Positions 36,711 through 46,333 of a DNA stretch of 57,479 nt are shown in pieces. The stretch comes from Verrucomicrobiota bacterium (GTDB lineage: Bacteria; Verrucomicrobiota; Kiritimatiellia; JAAZAB01). The translations under genes and the position numbers were made by a program. Each line of letters opens with the position of its first letter. Within the stretch, counting starts at the first letter, position 1. The stretch lies in NCBI GenBank assembly GCA_043814705.1, contig JBDRJR010000038.1:1-57479 (forward strand). Reading direction: 5' to 3'. The notes under the pieces are model-generated. The model saw nothing but the letters and a program-made list of their open reading frames with translations, searched no databases and had not been told where the DNA came from.

Positions 36711-38414
36711 TCACTTTGCTTGCGGTGCGTGAGAATTAGTGGCGGCAGGCATTAAAGCTGGCCAGCTGTTTGTTGCGGCCGGTTCACTTTCCGGTTCAGT
36801 ATCCTCTTCAGTATCCTCGGTTGACTCTGCCGATTCATCCGGTTCAGATGTTGTTGCCGCCGGGATTGTTGGCGTAAGCGCCGTTGCAACGGAGGGGGTG
36901 TCCGCCGTGCCGGCAGGAGCGGTGGTTGCGTCCGGTGCGGGAGTTGTCGGCGGCGCGGGTATTGCGCCAGGCTTTAACAGATTTCCGTTGAATAGCGCCT
37001 GGATCTGATCGGGCGTCAGGGTGATCTGGAAGAGCATCAGGTCGTCAATTACGCCGTTGGGCGTTGTGGTTGCGGACGCACTGCCGAGGACCAGGGCCGT
37101 CGCCGCTGTCAACGGCCGTTTTATCGTTTCGTCGTTTGGATAATCCAGGCCGTCCACATACATCACCCAATGGCCTTCCTCGTTCCAGGTAATGGCGATA
37201 TGATGCCAGGTAGCCTGCCAGTCGGAGGGTGTGAAGGCGACCCCGGCGGGCGCCAACTGGAGTTTGCCGTGAACGTGGTGCAAAGTCATCAGGCTTGGCA
37301 TGATTTGCAAAATCGTGTCATGGGTGCCGTCCCGGGCATCCCAATTCGGCAGGAACCAGAAGCTAATGGTTCCATTCTTGCGCCAGCAGGCGAAGGCATT
37401 GTCTTTTGTTTCCATACGTATTGTTTCGCTGGCAAGCGCAGTGCCGCCCGGAATCCAGGCATGCGGCGCCGGCCCCGCATCAGTTCGCGCATAAGGCATG
37501 TCGCGTTGTTCCAATTGCAGGCCGTCGGCATAGAACGTGGTTTTTGAACTGTCGGTCGTCACAATTACCAGTTGCAGGCGCGCCGCGATGTTCGTGCCCG
37601 GTGGTAACAGCGTTTTCCAGTCAGCCTCGTGCTTGGCGCCGATGTTCGTGGCGGGGAACGAATAGCCAAACGTGCAAGCGAACCGTTTCCATTCATCACT
37701 TAGATCTATATACATGCTCTCGCCGGATGTATCACTATCCAGATCTTTTAAAAACATCTTCAGATTTCCCTGGCCTTTGAGATAAACGGAAGCCGCATAA
37801 TGCGCCGGCACAATGGAAGTCCCTTTATACAGCGCTTTTTCCACCTTGAGTTCAAGCGCCATGCCTTCATCGCCGGCTTCACCCTTGGTCGTGATGGTCA
37901 GCGCTTGTTTGCCTTCCCACGGTTTTCCAGTGGTGCCTGCCAAAGTTGATCCGTTCAGCGCCTGGAACATGGAAGCCTCATCCGCGCCGGCCTGGCTGGG
38001 ACCATACAGGTTGGCGTAAGCCGATTCCAAAAGCAGGCCCTGGCCGAATTTACCTTCAACCAGACGCGGCATGTCGGCGCCAAGCTCCTGGCCGTTGAGG
38101 AAAACGGGCGATTCCCGCTGAAATACCAATGGGTTGACAAAGTTCGATGAAGTGGGATCGGGCGTGAGTCCGGCATCAAATGAAAAACGGGCAATCATGT
38201 TTTTTAACGGGTCTTCCGGCGGTTTAGGCGCGGCATCGGCCGGGACGTCGGCAACTACGGCGCTGGTTGCGGCAATCGTCGTTGCAGGCTCGGTGGTAAT
38301 CACGGCGTTGGTTGTGTTGGAGGCCTTGACTGCGATGGCGGTTTCTGCCTGAGCATGGAGTAATCCGGCATTGAGCAGGCTCGCGAGCATTCCCAGGGCG
38401 ATGATTTTTTTCAT
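36711..38414 (-). CDS. Secreted protein with a LamG-like jelly roll, a CBM-like insert and a Pro/Thr/Glu-rich tail
   Basis: Signal peptide MKKIIALG..HAQA; GKFGQGL, GTISFWF, WHHIAITW, YVDG, GVIDDL. Confidence 0.75.
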   Translation of the reverse strand: MKKIIALGMLASLLNAGLLHAQAETAIAVKASNTTNAVITTEPATTIAATSAVVADVPADAAPKPPEDPLKNMIARFSFDAGLTPDPTSSNFVNPLVFQRESPVFLNGQELGADMPRLVEGKFGQGLLLESAYANLYGPSQAGADEASMFQALNGSTLAGTTGKPWEGKQALTITTKGEAGDEGMALELKVEKALYKGTSIVPAHYAASVYLKGQGNLKMFLKDLDSDTSGESMYIDLSDEWKRFACTFGYSFPATNIGAKHEADWKTLLPPGTNIAARLQLVIVTTDSSKTTFYADGLQLEQRDMPYARTDAGPAPHAWIPGGTALASETIRMETKDNAFACWRKNGTISFWFLPNWDARDGTHDTILQIMPSLMTLHHVHGKLQLAPAGVAFTPSDWQATWHHIAITWNEEGHWVMYVDGLDYPNDETIKRPLTAATALVLGSASATTTPNGVIDDLMLFQITLTPDQIQALFNGNLLKPGAIPAPPTTPAPDATTAPAGTADTPSVATALTPTIPAATTSEPDESAESTEDTEEDTEPESEPAATNSWPALMPAATNSHAPQAK

Positions 38415-38525
38415 GGTATGCATCCTTGTCTTTGGCATAATGACGGCGGGTTAAAGCAAATCACGATACACGTTAACGTGGAATTTACCAGTAAAAAATG
38501 AGTCGTTACACATGGAGATCTGATC

Positions 38526-39809
38526 ATGCCAACATGGATTAATGCCGGTGGGCCGGATTGCGAGATATCCGGCCAGGAAATAGAAACCCATCTTGAGCGG
38601 ATGATATCCCGGATTTCGGAAAGGCCGGGACGAACGGCGGGTCTGAAAAAGGTTCTGCTCATTCCACCGGACTTTTCGCGTTTTCATTCCGGGGCCGGTG
38701 CGATTTGCAGTCAGCTTTACAAGCTCCTGGCTAAATGCGCGGCGGTTGAACTCTTGCCTGCCCTGGGAACACACCGGCCGATGACCGCGGCCGAAATCAC
38801 GCAGATGTTTCCCGGCGTGCCGCACGACCTTATCCGGATTCACGACTGGCAGAAAGGTTTGACCCCGATGGGCGCTATTCCCGGTGAGCGCCTGCGCGAA
38901 CTGAGTGGTGGCAAGGTGGATTATCCCGTCAATATCGAGATTGACCAGCTTATTGCGTTGGGTAAGCACGACGCCATTATCTCGGTTGGCCAGATCGTGC
39001 CCCACGAGGTTATTGGCATGGCCGGCGGCAATAAGAATATCCTGGTCGGTTGTGCCGGGCCGGACACCATCAACAAGAGCCATTTTCTGGGCGCGGTCTG
39101 CAACATGGAAAGCATCATGGGCCGCATCGAGAGTCCCGTGCGCACTCTGCTCAACGAGGCCGAGGACTGTCTGCTGAGCCACTTGCCTGTCGCGTATATC
39201 CTGACCGTGCGCGCCAAAAACGCCAAAGGGCGGCTGGTAACGCGCGGACTTTTTGCCGGGAATGACCGCGCAAGCTTTTATGCCGCGGCGCGCCTTAGTC
39301 AGCAGGTCAATATTGTCAGGACGCCGCGCCTGAAGAAAGTGGTGGTCTACCTCGACCCCGGCGAATTCAAGAGCACCTGGCTGGGTAACAAGGCGATTTA
39401 CCGCACGCGCATGGCCTTGGCCGATAACGGTGAATTGCTGATCCTGGCGCCCGGCCTGGTGGAATTTGGCGAGGCCGAAATTAATGAGCGTATGATTCGG
39501 CGCTATGGTTACTGCGGCACACCCGCGACCCTGCGCGCAGTGGCTCAAGACGCTGAACTGCGCAACAGCCTGGGCGCCGCCGCCCATCTCATTCACGGCT
39601 CCAGCGAGGGCCGCTTCACGATTACCTATGCCCCCGGGGGGGTGAGCCGCGCTGATATTGAAGGCGTTGGGTTACGGTATGCCGATCTGAAAAGCGCCCT
39701 GACGCGCTATAATCCGGCCAAGCTGAAAGACGGCTTCAACATCCTGCCGGATGGCGAGGAAATTTATTACATTTCCAATCCGGCTCTGGGACTTTGGCAG
39801 GCGGAGTAA
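38526..39809 (+). CDS. LarA-family (DUF2088) nickel-pincer racemase/epimerase
   Basis: PDFSRFH, ALGTHRPM, VPHEVIGMAGGNKN. Confidence 0.85.
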   Translation: MPTWINAGGPDCEISGQEIETHLERMISRISERPGRTAGLKKVLLIPPDFSRFHSGAGAICSQLYKLLAKCAAVELLPALGTHRPMTAAEITQMFPGVPHDLIRIHDWQKGLTPMGAIPGERLRELSGGKVDYPVNIEIDQLIALGKHDAIISVGQIVPHEVIGMAGGNKNILVGCAGPDTINKSHFLGAVCNMESIMGRIESPVRTLLNEAEDCLLSHLPVAYILTVRAKNAKGRLVTRGLFAGNDRASFYAAARLSQQVNIVRTPRLKKVVVYLDPGEFKSTWLGNKAIYRTRMALADNGELLILAPGLVEFGEAEINERMIRRYGYCGTPATLRAVAQDAELRNSLGAAAHLIHGSSEGRFTITYAPGGVSRADIEGVGLRYADLKSALTRYNPAKLKDGFNILPDGEEIYYISNPALGLWQAE

Positions 39810-39877
39810 GAAATGTAGAATGCAGAATGAAGAAGATGGAAAATAATGCCTTCAATAATTCTGCATTCTGATTTATC

Positions 39878-41503
39878 ATGAACCGTTCTCTCGTATTCCT
39901 TTCCGTCACGGCGTCCTATTCGCACACGAATTTGGCGGCCTGGACTCTGCGCGCCGGCGCCGAGGCCGCCGGCTGGCAGTGGCGTGAAGTCGAAATTACC
40001 CGGAACGAATCTCTGAGCGTTACCCTGAACTGTGTGGCGCGGTTCCATCCCGCCGTGCTGGCAACCAGCTTCTATCTTTTCAACCGGTCGTTCCTGCTTT
40101 CCTTTTTAAGCCGGTTTAAAAAATTGTTTCCCGATTGCCGGGTGCTGGGCGGTGGCCCTGAATTTCTGGGCGATAATCGCGTTTTCCTGGAGCGTCATGC
40201 GGAAGTGACGGCCGTAATCCGCGGGGAGGGTGAAAAGGCTTTTGGCCAGTGGCTGAAGTTAATGGATCGGCCCGGGCAACAGGCCAAGATTCCCGGATTC
40301 TGCGGATTGGTTAAAGGCCGTTATGTGGATAATGGTATGGCGGAGGACGTCGCATGCTTAGACGATATTCCCTCGCCATATCCCAAGCACATAAAGGGAT
40401 TTCGCAAGCCGTTCGTGCTCCTGGAAACCTCGCGCGGTTGTTCCAACCGGTGTGCGTTCTGCACGAGCGGGGCAGGCGGGCGAGTGCGTTCATTTTCGCT
40501 GGCGCGCGTGCGAAGCGATGTGCAGTTGATCCGCGCGCAGGGCGTGCCGGAAGTAAGACTGGTTGACCGCACTTTTAATGCGCGTTCTGCCCGATGCCTG
40601 GCGCTTTTGCGTTTTTTCCGGGATGAATGCAAACCTGTGCGTTTTCATCTGGAAATTGACCCGGCGCGCCTAACGCCTGATTTTATTGCGGAACTGGCCA
40701 AAGCGGGCCCCGGTCGCTTTCATTTGGAGGTTGGTATACAGAGCCTGAATCAGGAAGTGATCCGGGCGATTGACCGACAAGGCACGGTCCGGCGCGCGCT
40801 GGCCGGGTTAACCCGCCTTGGTGTGCATCGTCAACTGGCAACCCATGTGGATCTGATTGCCGGCCTGCCCGGCGGCACGCTGATTGATCTGTTCGCAGAG
40901 TTGCGCACGCTTGTCCTGCTTGAGCCTGATGCAATTCAGTTGGAGCTCCTGAAACTTCTGCCCGGCACGCGCCTGGCGGCCGAAACAGACCGCTGGCAAA
41001 TCATTGCGGCGCCGGAACCACCTTATGAAATCCTGCGCACCGCTACCATGACCATGGCCGATCTTGAAACCGCGCGTGGACTCTCTAATTTGGTGGACTG
41101 GTTTTATAATGTGCCGGAACTGCGTGCCTTGATGGTTGATGCTACGCGCCGTATCCCGGAATTTTGGAGGGCATTGATCCTGTTCGGCGGAACAATGGCC
41201 TTTGCAGTGACGGCGCCCAGCCTGGAAAACAGGTTCCGCCTGCTGGATGCTTTTTTCCGCGACCGGGACTTGCTCCTCAGGCACGCGCTCCATTACGCCT
41301 GGCTCAAACATGGGTTCAGCGCCCAGCATGGGATTTGCCGGGCTTTGCCCTGGAAGGGGAAAATTCCGGAATCGGCCGTCCTGGTGGAAGGGGAGGCCAC
41401 CGTGCGCTTTGCGCGCGTGTTCCGGGCGGACCTGGATCGGTCCTATCTGTTTGCATATGCGCGCGAGCGCCCGGCCGCCGCCGTGTATCGGTTGGAGGCC
41501 TGA
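39878..41503 (+). CDS. B12-binding domain radical SAM protein
   Basis: LGGPE-like motif, RGEGE, ETSRGCSNRCAFC, VDRTFN, HVDLIAGLP. Confidence 0.9.
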   Translation: MNRSLVFLSVTASYSHTNLAAWTLRAGAEAAGWQWREVEITRNESLSVTLNCVARFHPAVLATSFYLFNRSFLLSFLSRFKKLFPDCRVLGGGPEFLGDNRVFLERHAEVTAVIRGEGEKAFGQWLKLMDRPGQQAKIPGFCGLVKGRYVDNGMAEDVACLDDIPSPYPKHIKGFRKPFVLLETSRGCSNRCAFCTSGAGGRVRSFSLARVRSDVQLIRAQGVPEVRLVDRTFNARSARCLALLRFFRDECKPVRFHLEIDPARLTPDFIAELAKAGPGRFHLEVGIQSLNQEVIRAIDRQGTVRRALAGLTRLGVHRQLATHVDLIAGLPGGTLIDLFAELRTLVLLEPDAIQLELLKLLPGTRLAAETDRWQIIAAPEPPYEILRTATMTMADLETARGLSNLVDWFYNVPELRALMVDATRRIPEFWRALILFGGTMAFAVTAPSLENRFRLLDAFFRDRDLLLRHALHYAWLKHGFSAQHGICRALPWKGKIPESAVLVEGEATVRFARVFRADLDRSYLFAYARERPAAAVYRLEA

Positions 41504-41598
41504 GGCCGCTCGATAATCGGCTTGTTGGCCAATCACGCTGTGCTATACTTAACGCACGGACTGCTGGTTTAAACGTTATTTGTTGTCTGGGAGACATT

Positions 41599-42363
41599 AT
41601 GGCAAAAATCAGGCCCAGCGGAGGCTACCGCGACCTGCGCAGTTTCCAGATCGCAACCATTATTTATGATGCCACCTACTGGTTCTGCGAGCGCTTTCTG
41701 GAACCGCGCTCGCGGATGAGCGACCAAATGGTGCAGGCCGCACGCAGTGGCCGGCAGAATATCGCCGAAGGCAGTCGCGCATCCGCCACCTCCTCCCAGA
41801 CCGAACTCCGCCTGATGAACGTCGCACGTTCCAGCTTGGAGGAGCTCCTGCTCGACTACGAAGACTTTCTGCGGCACCGCCGCCTGCGAAAATGGGCACC
41901 GGATGCTCCCGAAGCATTGGCTGTCCGCCGAATCGGACATAATCGGTCGGATCCGTCGGATCCGTCGGATCGGCCCGATCCGGCCGATCTCTCCGATGAA
42001 CAGCGCTACGCATTCTACGCCAAATGGCTCGATCACGATGACCCGGCCATGCGTGCGAATGCTTTGCTGTGCCTCATCAACCAGGCCAACTACCTGCTCG
42101 ACAAACAAATAGAAGCGCTGGAAGCGCAATTCATTGAAGAGGGCGGATACAGCGAACAACTGGCCGTGGCACGCCTGGCCGCGCGCAACCGCAGGAAGAA
42201 TGATCATCCGTCTGATCCGTCGGATCGGACGGATTCCATTCCTGCTTGCCCAAAATGCGGCAAACCCATGGTCCTGCGCACCGCCCAAAAGGGCAAGCAA
42301 ACAGGAAAACAATTCTGGGGTTGCTCCGGCTACCCGGAATGCAAAGGTCTCGTGGACATTTAA
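41599..42363 (+). CDS. Four helix bundle (23S rRNA IVP-like) protein with suffix domain and C-terminal topoisomerase-type C4 zinc finger
   Basis: GGYRDL, DQMVQAARSGRQNIAEG, ARSSLEELLLDYEDFL, FIEEGG, CPKC..FWGCSGYPEC; extended -10 TGCTATACT upstream. Confidence 0.88.
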   Translation: MAKIRPSGGYRDLRSFQIATIIYDATYWFCERFLEPRSRMSDQMVQAARSGRQNIAEGSRASATSSQTELRLMNVARSSLEELLLDYEDFLRHRRLRKWAPDAPEALAVRRIGHNRSDPSDPSDRPDPADLSDEQRYAFYAKWLDHDDPAMRANALLCLINQANYLLDKQIEALEAQFIEEGGYSEQLAVARLAARNRRKNDHPSDPSDRTDSIPACPKCGKPMVLRTAQKGKQTGKQFWGCSGYPECKGLVDI

Positions 42364-42396
42364 ATGATCCGTTGGATCCGATTGATCCGTCGGATC
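41941..42396. repeat. Three blocks of GATCCGTCG-type 9-mer repeats (two in frame, one after the stop)
   Basis: Blocks at about 41941-41990, 42202-42236 and 42366-42396. Confidence 0.8.
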
Positions 42397-42500
42397 ACAA
42401 GGCAAAGCCCTCTCATAAGTGCCCGACCCTGCGGTTCCGGGCCAAGGGTCCCGTTGCGGTCTGGGCTTCAGAGTTTCGTGTGGAGTGAAAGGAGCCAAGC

Positions 42501-43583
42501 ATGAACGATCGTGAGCGGTTTCTAAGGACGATGCGCTATGAACCTGTGGATCACCGGCCGTTACACCTGGTCAGTGCCTGGGAAGATACCATCCGGCGCT
42601 GGCGCCGCGAAGGATTGCCTGAGGGCATGGATGCCGACGCTTTCCTTGGCGTCAAACCGTTCCGTTTGGCCAACGTCGGGCCTAAGGCCGGGATTTTTCC
42701 GCCATTCGAAGAACACGTCATCAGGGAAGAAGCCGAAATTACCCTCGCGCTGGATTCCTATGGGCGAACGATTAAGATGTTCAAAAATCACACCTCCATG
42801 CCGAAGTGGATTGACTTCCCGGTGAAAACCGGCGACGATCTGCGGCGGTTGATGGATCAGCATTTCGATGTGTCGAATCTGGACGCGCGCTTTCCGCCTG
42901 ACTGGGAACATGAGACCCGGGAAGCGGTCGCGCGCGCTGATATCATCTTGATCGACGGCGGCTGCTATTATGGTACCCTGCGTAATCTGGCGGGGGTGGA
43001 AAACGCCAGCTATCTGCTGTATGACGCGCCCGAACTGGTGGACGAGCTGTTTGAACGCTACTTTACAGTGGTCATGGCCGGGCTTCGGTGCGCCGTTAAG
43101 ATTGCCAAGCTCGACTTGATCGGTTTTGGCGAAGACATCGCGTACAAGACCGGCACTCTGATATCGCCGGAAATGTTTCGGCGCATGATCCTGCCGCGCT
43201 ACCGCAAGACCATGGAATTTGCCCATGCGCACGGCATTGACCTGACCTGGTACGACAGCGATGGCGATCTCCGTGCATTTATCCCGGATTACCTGGCAGT
43301 CGGTATCAACGGGTTGGCGCCCTGCGAGGTGGCCGCGGGGATGGATCCGGTGGCATTGCGCCGGACATTCGGTAAATCCCTGCGCTTGCTTGGCGGGTTC
43401 GACAAGCGTTTGGTGGCGCAGGGCCAAGCCGCAATTGACGCGGAATTCCGGCGGCTTCAGCCGGTCATCAATGAGGGCGGCTATTTACCGGCCATTGATC
43501 ATTCCGTGTCGGCCGACATCTCCTGGGACAATTATCGTCGCTTTATTGACGCGGTGCGGAAGGCGTCCGGCCAGATAGTATGA
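42501..43583 (+). CDS. Uroporphyrinogen decarboxylase/MtaA-like family protein
   Basis: MNDRERF, EDIAYK, ISPEMFR, DSDGD, GGFDKR, DHSV. Confidence 0.85.
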   Translation: MNDRERFLRTMRYEPVDHRPLHLVSAWEDTIRRWRREGLPEGMDADAFLGVKPFRLANVGPKAGIFPPFEEHVIREEAEITLALDSYGRTIKMFKNHTSMPKWIDFPVKTGDDLRRLMDQHFDVSNLDARFPPDWEHETREAVARADIILIDGGCYYGTLRNLAGVENASYLLYDAPELVDELFERYFTVVMAGLRCAVKIAKLDLIGFGEDIAYKTGTLISPEMFRRMILPRYRKTMEFAHAHGIDLTWYDSDGDLRAFIPDYLAVGINGLAPCEVAAGMDPVALRRTFGKSLRLLGGFDKRLVAQGQAAIDAEFRRLQPVINEGGYLPAIDHSVSADISWDNYRRFIDAVRKASGQIV

Positions 43584-43688
43584 CGATCGGGAGGCGTTTT
43601 ATCTGTTGGATTATTTTCTTTGCATGTATCGCCAGTTTGATATGTTGAACGCGTTGTTGTCCACGATCTTAAACAGGAGAAAAAATTC

Positions 43689-44585
43689 ATGCAGAATATT
43701 CCCGTTCTTACGGTGTGCGAACAGACCCTGGCGCAAGCTTATGAGAAGGCGCTGATTGCCTTGTATGAACGCGGGATTGCCTTCCGCACGCAGTACGACA
43801 AGCCGGGCGATCCCCCCAGTCTGGACTGCACGCTCAACATGACCATCCTGGATCCACTGGCTGACCCGATGATTCATAAGGCTTTTCCCGGCGGCATCGA
43901 GGACTTGCATGAATATGTGATGGAAGTGCAGGGCGCCAAGGATCACTGGGTAAAGAACCTGAACGATCCCACGGATACCCGCTGGGAATATACCTACCAT
44001 GGCCGCCTGCAGAATTACGGCCAGTGGCGCGAAAAGCGGGATGGAAAGTCCATCTGGACCGGACCCCTGGCCGTGAATCAGGTTGAGCGCGTCATTGCCA
44101 AGCTGGCCGACCAGCCCTTCACGCGCCAGGCGCAGATGATCACTTGGATGCCGAACCTGGACTTGGATTGTTACGATCCGCCCTGCTTGCAATCGCTCTG
44201 GTACAGAATCGTAGAGGACGAGCAGGGCGTCGGCTGGCTGAACTGCAACATCCGTTTCCGCAGTAATGACGCCTGGGGCGCCAATTTCATGAACATGTTC
44301 GGATTTACCCTGTTTAACCGGGATATCATTGCCGCCGGGGTGGCCCAGCTCCGGAAAAAGGAACTCCGGCTCGGGCGGATGAACTGGCAGGCCGATTCAT
44401 TCCACATTTACGGCAAGGACATTGCCGGCGCCCGCCAGCGGTTGTTTGACCGTGTCTCCACCACGCGCTTCGAGGACCGCATCTATAATTTTTACAACCC
44501 GGATATCCAGGAGATTTACCAGGAGGCGGAGGCCGCTATTTGTGAAAAAATACGGGCCTATGACGCCGGGCAGGGAGGGCATTAA
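43689..44585 (+). CDS. thyA: Thymidylate synthase-like protein (archaeal-type ThyA)
   Basis: YTYHGRL, TRQA, PPCL, RSND, N(MFG), SFHIY. Confidence 0.8.
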   Translation: MQNIPVLTVCEQTLAQAYEKALIALYERGIAFRTQYDKPGDPPSLDCTLNMTILDPLADPMIHKAFPGGIEDLHEYVMEVQGAKDHWVKNLNDPTDTRWEYTYHGRLQNYGQWREKRDGKSIWTGPLAVNQVERVIAKLADQPFTRQAQMITWMPNLDLDCYDPPCLQSLWYRIVEDEQGVGWLNCNIRFRSNDAWGANFMNMFGFTLFNRDIIAAGVAQLRKKELRLGRMNWQADSFHIYGKDIAGARQRLFDRVSTTRFEDRIYNFYNPDIQEIYQEAEAAICEKIRAYDAGQGGH

Positions 44586-44588
44586 AGC

Positions 44589-44680
44589 GTATGGGTGTAT
44601 GGGAGTAAGGATGTATGGGAGTAAAACATATGCTCCATAAGTCCATACGCCCATACACCGATACGTCCATACTCCCATAC
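44589..44680. repeat. Inverted 8-mer arrays (GTATGGGT / CCCATAC)
   Basis: Four to five degenerate units per arm with a short loop. Confidence 0.8.
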
Positions 44681-44720
44681 TTGATCAGATAACCAACAAC
44701 TATTCAACGGAGGCATTCGT

Positions 44721-45650
44721 ATGGCCAGAGCACTGAGCAAGATATCGGCGGACTGGTGGGATTACACAACCCTTGATGAGCGCCTGTTGCGTGACGCGGC
44801 CAAGCTGACGGAAAAGGATATTTTCCAACTGACCCGGCCGGGTTTTAAGGTTGTTTTTTACGAGACCCTGGAGGAATTTTACGCGGCCGAGGCCATGGAA
44901 TACATTACGGCCTGGCGTCAGTCCACGGCTGATAATCCCGCCGGCATCTGTGGACCTATCGGGCCAACCGAACAATTGCCAATCGTGGCCCGCATAGTCA
45001 ACGATCTCAACCTGAATCTGAAGGAGGCCGTGTTTTGGGGCATGGACGAATGGTTCATGGACGGCAAGGAAATGCCGGCCACCAATCCGCTCTCCTTCCG
45101 ACGCGCGGACATGGATCTGTGTTTTAACCGTATTCGCAAGGAACTGCGACCCCGGCCGGAAAACCTGCATTTTCCCGCCTGCAATGTCAAAGCATACAGT
45201 GAAACCTACAACCATGCCCGGTGCTTGGTTATGCAGGGTGGACAGGGCGAGGTGAAACACTGGGCGTTCAACGATCCGCCCAGACGTGCAGGCAAATACA
45301 AGACGCATCCCCCCTCGCCGGCGGAATTCCGCAAACTTGCCACGCGGGTGGTGAACCTGCATCCCATGACGATAATTCAGAACGCGCGCACCTCCGGCGG
45401 CGGCCAGGTCTTCTTAGTGCCGCGCCAGGCGCTTTCGGTCGGCCCGCTGGAGACCTGGAAAGCGGAGAAAATATCCATCTGGCATCCGGGCCATCATGAC
45501 AACAAGTTCGGCATCCGGCTGACGACGCTAATGATTTCCAAACGCATGCCGGATGCGGCCGTTCCCATGTCGCTTCTGGCGGACCATCCGAATGTCCAGT
45601 TTAATTTCTATCGTCCGGCTATCGGTTCCTGCTCTACGGAAATGCACTGA
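44721..45650 (+). CDS. Glucosamine-6-phosphate isomerase/deaminase-like protein
   Basis: [23 protein letters not shown]; NagB fold; RBS GGAGG. Confidence 0.8.
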   Translation: MARALSKISADWWDYTTLDERLLRDAAKLTEKDIFQLTRPGFKVVFYETLEEFYAAEAMEYITAWRQSTADNPAGICGPIGPTEQLPIVARIVNDLNLNLKEAVFWGMDEWFMDGKEMPATNPLSFRRADMDLCFNRIRKELRPRPENLHFPACNVKAYSETYNHARCLVMQGGQGEVKHWAFNDPPRRAGKYKTHPPSPAEFRKLATRVVNLHPMTIIQNARTSGGGQVFLVPRQALSVGPLETWKAEKISIWHPGHHDNKFGIRLTTLMISKRMPDAAVPMSLLADHPNVQFNFYRPAIGSCSTEMH

Positions 45651-45664
45651 CGGAGCGGGAAGCA

Positions 45665-45757
45665 CGTGGAGCGTGGAGCGTAGAGCGTGAAGCGTAAGCG
45701 GACGACGGGAGATCGGAAGCCGGAGGTCGGAAGGCAGAGGTCAGAGATCAGCGGTCA
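45665..45757. repeat. Two adjacent degenerate 7-mer arrays (GCGTGGA-like, GGAGGTC-like)
   Basis: Direct reading; lie between convergent genes. Confidence 0.65.
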
Positions 45758-46126
45758 GCTTGCCCTGCGTAGCCTTGGCGAAGCAGGGAAGTCAGGATGC
45801 GGCTGGCGATCAGGAAACGAAAAAATCCGGCTGGGCTCGGCCAATTTTCCGGCATGGAACCGAACGCCCTCTTTCGCGAGCAGATCCAGTTTGCGGTGCA
45901 AGGCGACGCCCCCGCGCTGACCCATAAAACCTCCCGGCGTCAAGTCCGAGGCAATCACGCGGTGGCAGGGCAATTCCGGCGCATACGGGTTGCGCTTCAA
46001 GGCCTGGCCCACGGCGCGGCAGGAGCGACAACCCAGGCGCTCGGCCAACTGCTTGTAAGTTATTACCCGTCCGCGCGGAATTTTGGCCAGCGCGGCGAAC
46101 ACTTGTTGTTGGAATGGCGTCGGCAT
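45755..46126 (-). CDS. MGMT family methylated-DNA-protein-cysteine methyltransferase (single domain)
   Basis: IPRGRVITY, RAVGQAL, PCHRV active site, LLAKEG. Confidence 0.9.
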   Translation of the reverse strand: MPTPFQQQVFAALAKIPRGRVITYKQLAERLGCRSCRAVGQALKRNPYAPELPCHRVIASDLTPGGFMGQRGGVALHRKLDLLAKEGVRFHAGKLAEPSRIFSFPDRQPHPDFPASPRLRRAS

Positions 46127-46333
46127 AACATTTTAAACGTAATCTCGTCCTCGTTGTCCGTCACGACCGGTGGTTCTGGAAAATCAGCCATTAAGACATA
46201 CCTAACTGTGCCTGTGCCACAAAGTCAATCCTTATTGCCGGATTTTTCTCTTGATTTCCCGCTTGAACCTTTTATTTTAAGGGGTACTTCTTTAATCTTA
46301 ATCCTTGCATGCGTGAACAAGTTAAGGGAACAT

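Noticed and set aside
41164-41598. N-terminal extension of the four-helix-bundle ORF
   Set aside because: Overlaps the radical SAM gene; the promoter and RBS support ATG 41599
41599-42363. Diversity-generating retroelement (Avd-like fold)
   Set aside because: No reverse transcriptase and no TR/VR pair with adenine-specific mismatches in the window
45797-46333. 179-aa extension of the NSS transporter
   Set aside because: Antisense to the MGMT gene; the family motif begins at ATG 46334
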